Below are positions 27,370-40,320 of a DNA stretch of 64,000 nt, one piece after another (positions within the stretch are counted from its first letter, which is position 1; each line of letters opens with the position of its first letter). The stretch comes from Camelus ferus (lineage: Eukaryota): NCBI RefSeq assembly GCF_009834535.1, contig NC_045697.1, positions 11,286,001 through 11,350,000 on the forward strand. Direction: 5' to 3'. Position numbers and translations under genes: made by a program. A model generated the notes under the pieces. It saw only the letters and a program-made list of their open reading frames with translations, was not told where the DNA came from and did no database searches.

Positions 27370-27529
27370 TTTTCTTTTTAATTTTTTGTGGTCTTTTTTT
27401 TTTTCTTTACATTTAAAAAAACTTATTTAAAAAATTATTTTCCCCTTAACAGAGGCACTGAGGATTGAATACAGGACCTTATGCACACCAAGCATGGGCT
27501 CTATCACTAAGCTATACCCCCCCCACCCC
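27370..27529 (-). mobile_element. Camelid tRNA-derived SINE (vic-1 type) with 19-bp TSD
   Basis: Reverse complement reads 'gggggtatagcttagtgatagagcccatgcttggtgtgcataaggtcctgtattcaatcctcagtgcctc'; perfect TSD tctggtccctgttacattt at 27351-27369 and 27530-27548. Confidence 0.9.
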
Positions 27530-27899
27530 TCTGGTCCCTGTTACATTTGACCCCGCCTAATGCACAAGCTAGTCACACAGTGGGCATCTGCATACTGGGG
27601 AGTGACAAAAAATAGTGTGAAAACCATGCTTTCAACTATGCTCTCCAAGAAAGTGAGGACTTTTCAGCCTAAATACTCCAAAAAATATTAAAGAACTTTG
27701 CATCCATCCTTCCAAGTGCCAGGCAGCATAGGTCCTTGGGAGGGCAGGCAAAGATTCTGGATGAGGGACAACATGAAGGCAGCACTAGAAAGAATGAGGG
27801 TCTTGGGAGCTCTGCACGGGGTGAGGGTAAGAGGTCTTTCCAGCTGCCAGTGACCAGTTCTCTGCCCAGAAAGACACCCACCAAGAGGCACTGCATGGG

Positions 27900-28130
27900 G
27901 TAATGGAAAGATATCAAACTTTGAAGTCCAATTGGCCCACCCAAATCAAGGCTCTACCACCTACTAGCAGAGCTCTGTGGACAAGCTATTTATTTTAGCT
28001 GAGCTTCAGTTCTCCTCTGGGCAAAACTATTACGGTAATATCTACATCATAGAAATATTGAGAAGATTAAGTGAATGTATATATGGAAAAGCTTCTAAAA
28101 GTCTTGGCATCATGTAGATACTTAATTTAC
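27900..28130 (+). mobile_element. MIR SINE
   Basis: 'ggctctaccacctactagc...gagcttcagttctc...attgagaagattaagtga'. Confidence 0.6.
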
Positions 28131-28750
28131 ATGAGCTTGTTCCTCCCCTTTCCGGAGCACACAGAAGGATGCTGCTTCCACCACAGAAATTTCAGACGTC
28201 AAATTTCCCACACTGCAGAAAGTGGAGCAGTCTAGGAATCAAAATGAAAACCACATCACCATCCAAAATCACCATTTCCCTCATGTGAACACCTGAAGAA
28301 CGAGGTCCTGGAATGAGAATCCCTTTTAGCAATGTCTTCTTGGGCTCCGTGTGACTGAAGAGAGGAGATAAAGGTCACACCAAATTTCTGGAATAAGCAG
28401 AAGAAAGATGGTGGAGCCGTTAACTGAAGTAAGGGATTCAGGAAAAGAGCAAGATGGTGAGTTCAGACTGGGACTTGGTGAACTCAGGGTGTCTGTTCAA
28501 CACTCATGAGCATGTTTTTAGGAAGCAGTTGGAGATACAGCCTCAGACTCTGGAGGGAGTCTGCAGGTTTGCAGATAGGTGCTTAGGTGTAATGGTACAG
28601 GTGAGAGTTAAAACCATGTGTGTCTGTGCGCACACATGCATATGTGCACAGAGAGGGAGATATCATCCAGAGAGAATGTGTCAGGTGAGGAGAAAACTTG
28701 TTCAGAATGGCTACCCTAAGAAGTCCCCACATTTCTGTGGGAGTAGAAGA

Positions 28751-28940
28751 AGTGGGGGTGCTGGTGAGTGTTGAATGCTCTTGGGGTTCAAGGAAAGCTG
28801 ATTTTTAACATTTGCCAATTTCCATGGTGTAAATACTCTACCATAGTCAATTTCAAGCTACGCATATGACACCAACAGGCTCACAAAGTTCCTGAAAAAT
28901 TAACGATTGGCTTTCACAAGCAAGTCTGAGCCACACCTGG
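28751..28940. mobile_element. hAT-Blackjack MER63-like element
   Basis: 'tttgccaatttccatggtgtaaatactctaccatagtcaatttcaagctac...ggctcacaaagttcctgaaaa'. Confidence 0.7.
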
Positions 28941-30853
28941 CAGATGTGGGAGGAGAAAAAGGACTGAACAATAAAATGATCAGGGAAGTAGAAACACAAA
29001 CTGAGACAACAGATCCATGAAAGTCAAGGGTCTTGTGTTTCTTAGTAGGGACTGTGGCAATCAGAACAGAAAGGTCCAGTAAATTAACACAAGAGATATC
29101 ACTCAGGAGCAATCCTGATTCTATCATATTCTCGATTTGTGATCTCAGGCAAGGCTCATTTCCACAGCTGCAGGATGGAGATAATCTCACCTCACTGGGT
29201 TTTTACGAAGATGCAATTATCTAAAACTCATAAAGGACCAATCAAAGTGCCTGGAATAGGACAGACCCTGGGTACGATTTAGTGTCTTTACTTCATCCCT
29301 TACAAGGGCATTAGGGCATTTAAACTAAAATTACAAAGCTATCCTGTGCTCTACCCATGATTGAGGAGGAAGGAAGCGTTCCTTCTGCTGGGGTAAATCA
29401 TGCAGCTCCCAGAGCATGAGGGGATAAACAGGATGGACCTTTCCTGCCCGTCACACGCATCTACAGTACAAGGAAGTGGCAAGCTTTTATACACATGGGC
29501 TGGGCTAGGTACTGCCCATGGAGGGAAATCCATTTATAAAGCACGTTGGAGGATCATCTGGACCAAAGATGTTACATGACTATCTGTGGTCATCACCAAC
29601 TACATGTTTTATCAGTCTGAGTCATGGGAAGCTATGGAGTATGTAAAGCTTCAGAAGATAATACCTAGGAAGTTAAGTTGCTCCAGCTTTTCTTAATTTG
29701 ACATTAGCTATTTTTAGGATTTCATGATCTCATTTCTTATATGAACTCAATACAAGAGTAATATTTGTTTTAAATCCCTTAAATGGTCCCTTTGGGGCCG
29801 AGAACTTAACTTTATTTATTTCCATATGGTAAATATAAGAAATTTAGGCAGTTACCAAAGTGTAAAAGTCGGTCACTAATATTTAAAACAAACAAACAAA
29901 CTGATCTAAGTATTTTAAGGAACAGTGGTTATTGTACCCTGGATTTCATATACATATGGAATGTCTTATTTATATTAGTTGGTCAGAATTTGGAAAATGG
30001 AGAAAGAAAAGGTCACTTTAAGTTTAGTGAAAACTTTGGCCCGCATATCCGTAACACAGATAGGTAGGCATCACTTCTCAGTAGGGAGCAACCAAAAGAA
30101 AGTGCCTTAGCTTCCAGAAAACTCTCTCATTTTCCAGCTATGTGTGCACTGTTTTTCTTCCTGTTGCGTATAGAATAAAAATGTTTCCTCGTGTGCTATC
30201 ATGCTGTAAGGTTTAAGAAGCCATATTTCTACAATTTTTTAAAAATTATCACTTTGTCAATAAATTCATAACTATATTCTCCTTGGAAAAAATTTAAAGG
30301 CCAAATACATCAAAGGTCACAACTGAAATGAATTTCTGTTGTGAGTCTTCTGCCTTCCTCTAAAATGATTATTGTCATTTTATGATATAATTTGGGTATT
30401 TAGCATTCAAGATATTGTTTGTTTTCTTGCACATTGAAATACATACATCTACACATATGTTTTATATCCATAACAGTTGTGTATATAAATATGTATATAG
30501 CTGTTATACAATTATATGTATATGTTTCTATAAAATACCATCTTGGGTAGGAGAAAGTAATTTATAAGTAATATACTCTGCATTTTCTGAAACTTGCCAT
30601 TTTCCACAGTAAACAATATCTTTTAGGACATTTCTGTCAGGACATTCTATATTATTCTATGTAATATTGTGTTTTACTATGTACAGAGGCACATAGTTAC
30701 TTAGGCTTTGCCCTATTGCCGAAGATATATTTGCAATATATTTATAAAAGATCACTGTTCCTAATATATACATATGACTTCTAAAAGTCAATAAGAAAAA
30801 GACAACTTAATAGACAAATTGGCAAAGGAAATGGATAGCCAGTTTGCAGAGGT

Positions 30854-32214
30854 CAGTATTATCTAGTGTGGCAGTCCTGAAAGGGTCCCCAAGATCATTT
30901 CAGGGGACACGTGAGATCAAAACTATTTTCATCATAGTTTGTCTTATTTGCTTTTTTCTTTGTGTTGACATTTTCAATGATTGTGCACAGCAATGGTGGA
31001 GGGAGCTGGGAGCCTTAGCACAAAATCAAAGCAGTGGTACTAAACTATACAGGAGTAATTGTATTCTTCACCACTACGTACTTGGAGCTAAAAAAGCATT
31101 TCCTGACAAAGGAGTAAAAACTACAGATTGTATTATATCTCTACCATTGAGCACTTGCCTTTTTATTATTCTGTGTGACAAAATGAGACGTGTGAATGCT
31201 ATCTTTAGAAAAAACACTTGTGTGATTGTTGTAAGCTCAACTAGTGGCTTATTTCATTCAATACCATTTTAGTTGAAAGAACAACTGAAAACTCTAGTTA
31301 TTCAGAGGTAAATTTGGCAAACATTTTCTCAAAACTTAACAAAATGGGCCGATGACTTCAAAGAAAACAACTGACGGTTTCTGTCACCAATGACAAACTT
31401 GGAACTTTTGAGCAAAAATTAAATTATGGTAAACTTATATCTGCCTCTGTGAGCTTGACAGCTTCCGAATACTTTAAGACTTTTCTGATGAGATTGATGG
31501 TGATATTAACAGGGATTTTTTTTTTTTTGCTCTTGCATAATGAAAAGTGTCAAATTTGGAAGATTTGCAAAATTCAGTGAACCAATATTTTCCAAAAGAC
31601 CAATGCACGATATTACAAATTCATGAACGGCTAAAGATCCATTCACAATGCAAGATAATCAATTTTAATATTACAGCATGAGAAGTTCAATGATACGGTT
31701 TCAGATCCCACATTGAAACCTACCTTTGAGAAACTACCACTTGCAAAGTTTTGCTCTAGGAACAAAGAATTATTTCAAAAGGCTATTAGGAGATTTCTCC
31801 TTTTTCCAACCACAGTTTTACGTGACGCTGATTTTTTTCATATTTCCTTCAACTAAAACAACGTATCAACGATTGAACGCAGAAGCTGATGTGAGAATCC
31901 ATCTCTCTTCTGTTAAGCAAACATTTAAAAGATTTGCAAACATGCAAAGCAATGCCTATCTTCTCACTTAACTTCTAATTTGCTTGAGAAAACATAATTT
32001 TTCTATTCAAAACAGTGTCATCTGTACTAACGTAATAAGTTCACTATTGCCATTTTTAAATGAATAATAATAATTTTTTAAATTTCTCAGCTTTAATTTC
32101 TAACATGGTAAATCTTGATAGCTGTTACCCACAGAAACAGGAAGTTCCTAGGGGGTTTCAAAAAAAATTAAGAGTGTCAGGAGGTCCTGAGAACAAAAAT
32201 TTTGAGAAACTCTG
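30854..32214 (+). mobile_element. Charlie1a-like hAT DNA transposon (~1.36 kb, degenerate transposase C-terminus)
   Basis: Long match to recalled Charlie1 sequence ('gtgagcttgacagcttccgaatacttt...gtgaaccaatattttccaaa'); translated remnant 'STKTTYQRLNAEADVRIHLSS' resembles the hAT dimerisation domain; terminus 'tttgagaaactctg'. Confidence 0.85.
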
Positions 32215-32549
32215 GTCAAGAAAATGAAGGTCAAATTTTGATACCACTTTTGATTCATCAGCTTAGCTAAAATTGTCAAAATTAATAATATTAAGCCTCA
32301 GTAAGAGTACAGGAAGTGGGTATTCTCATATTCTGATTGCTTAAGGGGTCATAAATTGATACAGTTATTTTGAAAGACAGACTGTGTCAATTACAGATGT
32401 TGGCAAACTTTCTATGAAGACCAGAAGAAGGGGCAGAAAGCCTTATTTAGGTTTAAAGGATTATTTATATTTAAAATGTATATACTCTGTGTTTCAGTAA
32501 CTCTGCCCTTAAGTACCTATACTGAAGAAATACACCAATGTGCTGGACA

Positions 32550-32690
32550 CCACTCCAATCACTTTCCATATATTAACTCGTTTAACTCTCACAATAGTTC
32601 TATGCAGTGAATACTGTTAGTCTCTCCATTTTATAGATGAGGAAACTGAGACCCAGCATGGTTAAGCAACACCTAAGGCCACACAGCTAA
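32550..32690 (-). mobile_element. MIR SINE
   Basis: 'ctccattttatagatgaggaaactgagacccag...taaggccacacagctaa'. Confidence 0.85.
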
Positions 32691-33029
32691 GACATGGATG
32701 TTTATTGCACTATTATTCTGCCTAGAAATAACCTAAATATTTAGAGACTTTAAACATTGTTTGTTCTGGCTGGTGTCTTCCCTTTTATGGATCTCTCAAA
32801 ATTAAGTAGTTTTCTGCCTTCATTTCTTGGCCTATTCAAATTTTTTGAGGGACATTTGAAGTCCCATGTTCTCCTTCAGCCCATGATAATCCCTGTTCTT
32901 AATTTCCATAAAACATTACCCCTGGAGTGTATGGAGCTTAACATTTCTTGAACAGAGTGTCTATGCCCTGGTAGACCAGCAGTTCTGGAGGGATTAAGAA
33001 TGAGTGGCTCTTAGGCTCCCTTTTATTTC

Positions 33030-33630
33030 TTACAATCCATCACTATCTCCATCAAATCTACCGCTACCATTCCTGTCCAAGCCACCATCCTGGCTTGTCT
33101 AAACCGAAAAAGTCTCCATATTGATGTACCCTCTCCCATCTTACCTATATGCAATCCCTTCCCTCCACAGGATCCAGGGTGAGCTTTATACAAAGTTTAA
33201 ATTCGATCAAAACTTCTGCCCAGAAGCTCTCAGGGGCTTGTCACTGGATAGAATGGCAAATCTTAACTATGGTCTTCAAAGCCTGACTTACTTCACTTCT
33301 CCTGACCTCATCTCCTACTGAGGTCCTGGCTCACTCTGCTCAGGGCACCCAGGGGTCCTCGCCATCCACCAGACAGACTGAGGAACTCCTGCCACAGAGC
33401 CTTTGCACAGGCTGTTCCCTCTGCCTGAATGCTCCTCCCCCAGATGGCTGCAAGGCTCTTTCCCATGGAGGTCTCCTCTAAAGTGTCCCCTCATCAGAGA
33501 CTATCCCTGACAGTCCTTCCTCAACAAGGAGTCCACCTCCACCAGCTCCCTTATCCTCTCCTCCCATCCTCTGCTTTGCCTTTTACACATCACGTAAACA
33601 GAACCCAGTATATCTTATATTAATATATTT
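33030..33630 (+). mobile_element. LINE-2 fragment
   Basis: 'gtccaagccaccatc...agcctttgcacaggctgttccctctgcctgaatgctc'. Confidence 0.75.
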
Positions 33631-33794
33631 ACTTACTTACAACCTCCCTCACCCAAGCCCAACCTAAAATCGTGTGTGGGACGTGGTTCCTACCCAGAAG
33701 GAATGAGTGTCAGTTTTCTCACTTCTAAAATGGAGATAATACTGTGCCTTTCAGAATTGTTAGTAATAATATTACTATTTTTCTCACTTTTAAA

Positions 33795-33995
33795 ATGTAG
33801 CAAGTGATGCCAAGCACGCAGCCCAACACCCTGCCTGCATTATCTCACGTAATCCCAACAGCAACCCAAGGATATTGATAGGATCGTCATCTCCCGCTTT
33901 GCAGAGGAGGAAACTGAGGCTCAGAGGGCATGAGTCGTTTCCCCGGCTCACAGGTCTGCATAAATCATGGAGGGAATAGTCAAAGCCTGGAGTTG
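33795..33995 (-). mobile_element. MIR SINE
   Basis: 'cattatctcacgtaatcccaacagcaaccc...gcagaggaggaaactgaggctcagagggc'. Confidence 0.8.
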
Positions 33996-34019
33996 CCTCC
34001 GGAGCTAAACGCAGTAAGG

Positions 34020-34450
34020 GATGGGCAAGCACGCTGAAAGCACAGGGCTTCTTTAATGCGAGAAATGACTATGTACATCACCGCTCGCAACGAGGGCTCC
34101 CTGCAGGATGCGATAACAGCCCGGAGACGGAGGTGCCCCTACGCCGGGTGAGCCGAGTCTCAGTGCGTCACCGTGACTCAGAGGAACTACTCAGGTGAAA
34201 AAAGGACTTTTCCCCCCCTGCAAGGGACTTTCTTAAACACAGCTTGAGAAGGGTATTTGCCAAGTCCGTTTTCTGATCAGATAACAATTTGACACTAATT
34301 CTTCCACTCTCAGCTGACACAAACCCTGTCCGAGACTTTATCACCCTTGGGTTATCTGCGTGGCCTGGAAGGAACTCCGGGTAAGGTACAGGAAAAAGGT
34401 GGGGGTATTGTCGGGGCTTCCTGCTGGCCGGCACACTGGCCTATTGTTGG
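34020..34450. promoter_or_regulatory. CpG-rich enhancer/promoter-like element
   Basis: Dense CpG; TGACTCA (34174-34180); NF-kB-like GGGACTTTCT (34224-34233); AGATAA near 34279. Confidence 0.5.
34314..34380 (+). other. Candidate 67-nt exon of an antisense transcript
   Basis: Branch point 'cactaat', pyrimidine tract 'tcttccactctcag|' and donor 'CGG|gtaagg'. Confidence 0.35.
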
Positions 34451-36969
34451 GTTTATTTTTTTAGACTATCGCATCACAATGATTTCGGCAACATCCTTTT
34501 TCCATCCTGGACTGGATACAATATTTATTGAACTATACAAACTGCGTCAATACACAATTCTTTCTGTATCATTGCCCATGTTTCTTAAGGGTATCGTTTA
34601 AAAAAAAAATCCATTAAAAGATCTTGCTAATTGCCCTGGGATCAACCAACCCTTCAAACTTGAAATCACAATTTTTTTAAACAAAAAGAGGCCTCAGATA
34701 GAGCCTTACAAAACCACTAAACTACTACTTTAAAAAAAAAAATAACAACAAAATAGCATTTCTGGAGATTCCAATATGTCAGGCATCATCCTGTGCATCA
34801 TCTTAGGAAAGTACTATCTCACCCCAGGGCTGTGAATTGTCCCCATTTTACAGATGAGGAAACTGAGCTACGAAAAGTGGTGTGAAGGGATCTCTGTGCT
34901 ATCGGTAAGAGAAATGACTTGTCCTTGAAACATTCTGCCACTTTAACTTGAGATCATCGGAGTTCCAGGAGGACTGACTACAAAGAGCAATTGCTGTCAA
35001 GACTGATACGGGTGTGGGTGATTCACCCCGGTACCACTTAGTAAGAGTCACTTAACTGGATGCCGAACTGCATTTTGAAAGCCGTAAGCTCTGTGGCAAC
35101 ACTGAAGCGACAACAGTGCCTCATTTCTCTTTTCCCTCTTGATTACTTCTATTTCATTACGAGTGAGCCTTCACAACCAAATCTGCATGGTGGGAAATAC
35201 TCTTTGCATCCTCAGCCCCTTCACAGCCCTCTTCCTTACTGCCATCACTTTGGAATCTTGAGCTGTGGTGTGACCAGAATCGCAGGTAGAGAGGCTCATT
35301 GTGGAGAACGTGCAAAGCTGCGAGGGGCTGTCTTCATTTCATGCAAAATAGGAGGCTGAGGCCCAGGGAGGAGGGGGCCTTTTTTGGGGCCACACAGTCA
35401 CTTAATGGCAGAAGAGTTACTCGAAAAGAAAAAGAGAAGTAATCTTTGTTGAAAACCTGCTATGTGCCAGACACATTTTATAATGAAATAACGTAGTAAT
35501 AGCAATACTACAAATAATAGTAATAGCTCATATATATCGAGCTGTTAAAATTTGTCAGGCGCTGTGCAGAATGCTTAACGAAAAATTTTTTAAACAAGTT
35601 AATCCTCTCCAATTTAGAGACAAGGACGATAACTATCTCCATTTGACAGATGAAAAAACCTCTCAGAGAGGTCAGTCCATCACAGAGATGAGATTCAAAG
35701 ACTCAGGCCTGTCTGGCAACATTGCCCTGGCTTTCCTGTAAACATGGGGGAAATGAACACAGCATGACACTCTCCAAAGCCTTAACTTAGCCAGAAAGGA
35801 TCTTCCTAACTACTGCGGAGACAAACACTGCGAAAGACAGAGGGGGTTTGGGTGTCTGAAAAGAAGCATTTTCCGCCAGCCCCATGGGCACTTTCCTTTA
35901 CCTGAACTTTCCTATACCATTTAAATCCTTATGGGACTTATTTAAAGAGGGTCATAAAAGCCTTTCCAGCCCATTTTAAAGTGTTGATCCTTTAAGTACA
36001 AGGAGACCCCTGGCACAAAGAAAACAAAGCATTCCTCTCACATGAGCAGATATGCAATTTTCCCAGTTCAATGAGTACCACTCTATTAGACAGAGACCCC
36101 AAACTCTCAGTCTCACTGATCCACCCTTGTTCAAACTGGAAGAAAATGACACCTGCTCATCTATGAATACAGAATCCCAGCATGGCGTGAGTGGTTTTTA
36201 AATGACTATGCCCTTATAAACAGGGCCTCAAGGCTGCCACCCCCTCAGCTGTGTGACCTCAGGAAATCACTCAACATCTCTGATCCCTAGTTTGTAAGAG
36301 TACAGGTAGACCGAACAAAATCAGTGCTCCCTTCCATCCAAATGCTTGATGTTTCCTTGACAGAGTATCTGAAAACCATCTCATTCAGAGAGCACTACTT
36401 TCATGACCAGCCTATTCAATAAGAGACTCTATAATGCTGAAGCCATATTGGACGTGATCCACATTTGTGGGCTGAGTTGGTGAACTTATTTCATATCGAG
36501 CAGTATACTGACCTTGGCAAGACCATTGTTCTTTACCACATGGATCTGCATCTGCCCAGTGAAAAAACTGGATACCCCAGGGGCATAACGACAGCTACAA
36601 AAAAAAATCAATCTAAAAGAATTTGCCAAAAGGGCAGGTACCAGTCCTGAAACAAGAATGTTGTAGCTTAAATGTAATAGACAAGTTAACTGAAAAGAAC
36701 AGCCCCTAGCAAAACAGTACTCCATTAGGGTAAGGAGGGTTTCTTCCTTGCTTGACTACAAAGAACACATATATTCAAACTAATCATGGCACAGTTCATA
36801 AAATTATTTGTCCTACAACTGGATTCTTTCTATTATCATATGTCTACTTTGCAGATAAGAAAGTTCAAGCACAGACTCACTAAGTTGGATCAAAAGAAGT
36901 GAGAAAAAAATGTGGGGATTGTGAGTTTCAGTCAACACTCAGCCAGTTTTACCCCAAATCACTGTTGGT

Positions 36970-37170
36970 CAGGGTTTCTCAACCTTGGCACCACTGATAC
37001 CCGGGGCTCGGTAATTCCATTGTGGGGGACAGGCTGGTGCCTCGTCTGATGTTTAGCAGCATCATTAGATGTCAGTAGCTCTCCCGTCTAGTTGTGACAG
37101 CTGAAAAATGTCTCTAGACATTGACAAATGTTCTCTGTGGGGCAAACCTGCCCCCGAGTGAAAGCCAGCG
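36970..37170. mobile_element. MER20 (hAT-Charlie MITE)
   Basis: 'cagggtttctcaaccttggcaccactga...gatgtttagcagcatc...agttgtgaca...aaaaatgtctctagacattgacaaatgt'. Confidence 0.9.
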
Positions 37171-38511
37171 CTACAGTTGTTCAAAGCATACCGGGTGGGT
37201 GATGGCTCCTCAGCTTCTCTGAGGGCTGAGGTTGAGCTGAGCCCAGATGACTCCATTCACATCTGACTTTCTTTCCAATACCAGCCCTCCTTCTGACCAC
37301 GGGTATTAACATGCTGAACCCTGCTTTAAAACTCTTAAGTCTTCTTATTGGCTACAGAATTGCAGATGGCCTTGTGTGGCCTCCAGACATGATTTCAGCT
37401 TCAGCCCTGATACACCAGCCACATGGTAGCAGCAGACCTCTCCCAGACACACTATGCACTGGCACTCCTCCTTTGCACATAATGTTCCCTCTGCCTGCAA
37501 AGCTGTTCCTGTCCTCCCAGACAGAGACTGCATGATCTCATCCTCCCAAACCCATACACCTGCTGTGAGCACACCACAGGAGCTGAAGAACTGTTAGTGT
37601 TGAGTTCAATTGAATTGAATCGCCTCCTTGCTCAGTTGCCCCAGGACCTGACTCCATTAAACTACTCAATCACCTGACACCTGTTTTCTCATCTGTAAGA
37701 TGGGCCCATTGATACCTTCCTCACATGGATGTTACAAGAAAAAGGACACCAAGTGGCTCTCACGTAACAAAAATCTCAATGAAAAGTTCTTTTATTCTGC
37801 TGTTCTTACCAATTTATGAAAATTGTTTTACAAGAATGTGCTCACTGTCTGGGCTCTCTGATTTTCACACGTTTAATATACTGAAATAGACCTCAAAACC
37901 TTCATCTCTTTCTTTTGAGGAATATTCCATTTCCCCTTTTTTGGCTATTAGATTCTTCCCTTAAATATTTAGAGCCCGGAATACAAGTTTGATACCAGTG
38001 TAACTATAGAAACAGCCCTATCTTGGGTGAATCAAAGAGCCCTCCAGCTCTGGCTCTGGGTGAGTTTTCTCCAAACAGTGCTATCTGCAACCCACACTGT
38101 TCGCCACCAACAGTATTTTTTTTTAAAGGCTTCCCGTTTCCCACGGGAATATAAGGAAATTGGAATTATTAACGCAAACGATAACAAGAGAAGCAGGAAC
38201 AATGCCACAGTCCCCCACCCCTGAAGTGCAGCAAACTTGAAGTTCTTTAAGTCTAACACTCATAAGGATGCCAAGCCCCACAGAGGCTGGTCACCAGGAA
38301 AAGGAAGAGGATGAGGAAAGGGAAGAGGATACCGAGGGTCACAGGCAGCTACGCAGAGAGCCATCCATCACCAGCCCTGCCCAGGCAGCCTGCAAGCTTC
38401 CAGTCACAGAGGGCACCAGCTCCAGCCGGCCAAGGACAGAGGGAAAAAACAACCTTGGTTTTGCTCTATTTGTTAACTGAACAGACTCCTTAAGAGTACT
38501 GAGGTACTTAC

Positions 38512-38596
38512 CAAAGATCCTGACATCCAGCGTGCTGCGAGCTTACATGTTTAAAGGGCAAGAGTCACAAATCAACAAGTTATTAATTTAATTCCT
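38512..38596 (-). other. Candidate 85-nt exon (probably non-coding)
   Basis: Long pyrimidine tract 'ctcctcttgtcctgctttctctacctctggcaccctttcaaag|' and donor 'TTG|gtaagt'. Confidence 0.3.
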
Positions 38597-38702
38597 CTTT
38601 GAAAGGGTGCCAGAGGTAGAGAAAGCAGGACAAGAGGAGCATTTATCACGTTTACTTCCATATAACTTCAGCCCCTACTTTCCTAGCTCAGAATCTTAAA
38701 CA

Positions 38703-38882
38703 TCAGGGTGTTGAAAACCTAGGCTGGGTGGCATATTCAAATGCAGATCCTTGGACCCCATATTGAGCTATTCTTCCTCGTGAGGTCGTGGTTTGGACCA
38801 GAGAAGGTTTATTTTTACTCATCACCTGCCACACCCAGTGACAGTGTTGCAGGTTGGCAGAAAACCACTCAGAGAAACACCG
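38703..38882. mobile_element. MER5-like hAT MITE
   Basis: 'aaatgcagatccttggacccca...ccactcagagaaacaccg'. Confidence 0.45.
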
Positions 38883-38884
38883 TG

Positions 38885-39236
38885 TGCCTGAGTTGCGTCC
38901 TCTTCCTTGACAACTGCTCCTGGACCACATCTCCCATTGCGTTTGTGTGGACCTGGAACCACATGACCGAGTTCTGTCCAGTGGGGATCAAAGCACCACT
39001 TCCAGGCCTGGCTCTCAGACCATCCTCACACTCTGTGATCATCAGCTGTTTGGACGCAAAGGACCCAAGGGAAGCCCTGGGCAAGGGAGGCAGCATGACC
39101 GTTACTCCAGAAGATCCTGTAGTGATTAAGTGGGGCAGCATCCCACACTGGAGAGAGGGGAAAGACCAACGTTATTTTATGAAGGCATTGAAATTCTGAA
39201 GTTTTTCTGACAGTAGCTAGTCTAACCCGATGAATA
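38885..39236 (+). mobile_element. MaLR LTR (MLT1I/J-like)
   Basis: 'accacatgaccgagttctgtccagtgg...ccacttccaggcctggc...agctagtctaacccgatgaata'. Confidence 0.6.
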
Positions 39237-39639
39237 GGCATTATTCTTTTCTATCCTATAATTTTATTAGATCTTCGTTCTAAAGATCCAAGGCAAGTGT
39301 TTTACGGGAAAAACTGGTAAATAAACCCAGAAGAAAGCCAAAGAGTGATTCACTGCATCAAAATCCAATCCTACACTCAGATAGGAGAACGGAAACTCCT
39401 AAAAAGGTAAGAGGCCTCTTGGACTTTCTTTCCACATCCAAGATTATGCCTGAGATCTCTACTCACGTTGGTACCAAATTAATACAGTCAATGTTAGCAA
39501 AATAAAAAGAGCAAAGGTTAGGGTAGGTAATTATCCATAGAATGTTAAAGGGCCCTCTCAGGGCACACAAAGAATACAAAGAAAACAAAGAAATCTGTCA
39601 CAAAGACAGAAACTGGGGAACCATAAGCCTCTCTTTAAA

Positions 39640-40320
39640 AATGGCCCACGCCGAGGATTCACTTGGCCATCCTGGGAACCCCTCCGGCCCACGGACCGGT
39701 ACTCAGAATCTGCTGCCCTCGGCCCTGTGGCAGGAAGTCTGCATTTTGCACAGGAAGGAACTCTCTGCGACTCGGCGGGTGTTTGTGACGCCCAGGGACT
39801 CGGGACTGGCCCGGCTGCAGGCCCGCCGGAGAAGCACCCAAGGGGTCTCCAGAGCCAACCCCAGGGATGGCGGAGAGGCCGCAGCCTCCAAGGGAAGGGC
39901 CATTTTCCATCTGGAAAATGTGTCCCCGCCCGTGAAGCCAACCCTTCAGAGGGAGGGGAAACATCTCCAACTCCCCTCTTTGTCTTCCAGCCGAATCAGC
40001 CTCACACCAAAAGAGCAGGTGACCGAGAATATAAGACTCAGCATTCCACCACGTGGCTGTCTGCAGTCATGCCGGGAATGATCCAACTGGACTTTGGAAA
40101 CGGGAAGGGCAGGGGCGTTCATCGAGAGAGCTCCCGGATGGGATCTTCTGCGCATGAGTCCAGCCACACTGGCCGTCCCACTGCTGTCCCAGGAAATTTC
40201 CAAACGCATGCGCACCTTTGTGCTTGTGGCTCTGTTTGCGTGCAAGCAAACTTCCCCCAACCCTTCACCTGGTGAGCGTCTCCGCTTTCGCGGGGTGGTG
40301 CCCGCTCCACTGTTCCCTGG
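39640..40320. promoter_or_regulatory. CpG island / candidate internal promoter
   Basis: GC- and CpG-rich; NRF1-like TGCGCATG (40149) and ACGCATGCGCA (40204-40214); plus-strand donor CTG|gtgagc at 40271. Confidence 0.65.
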
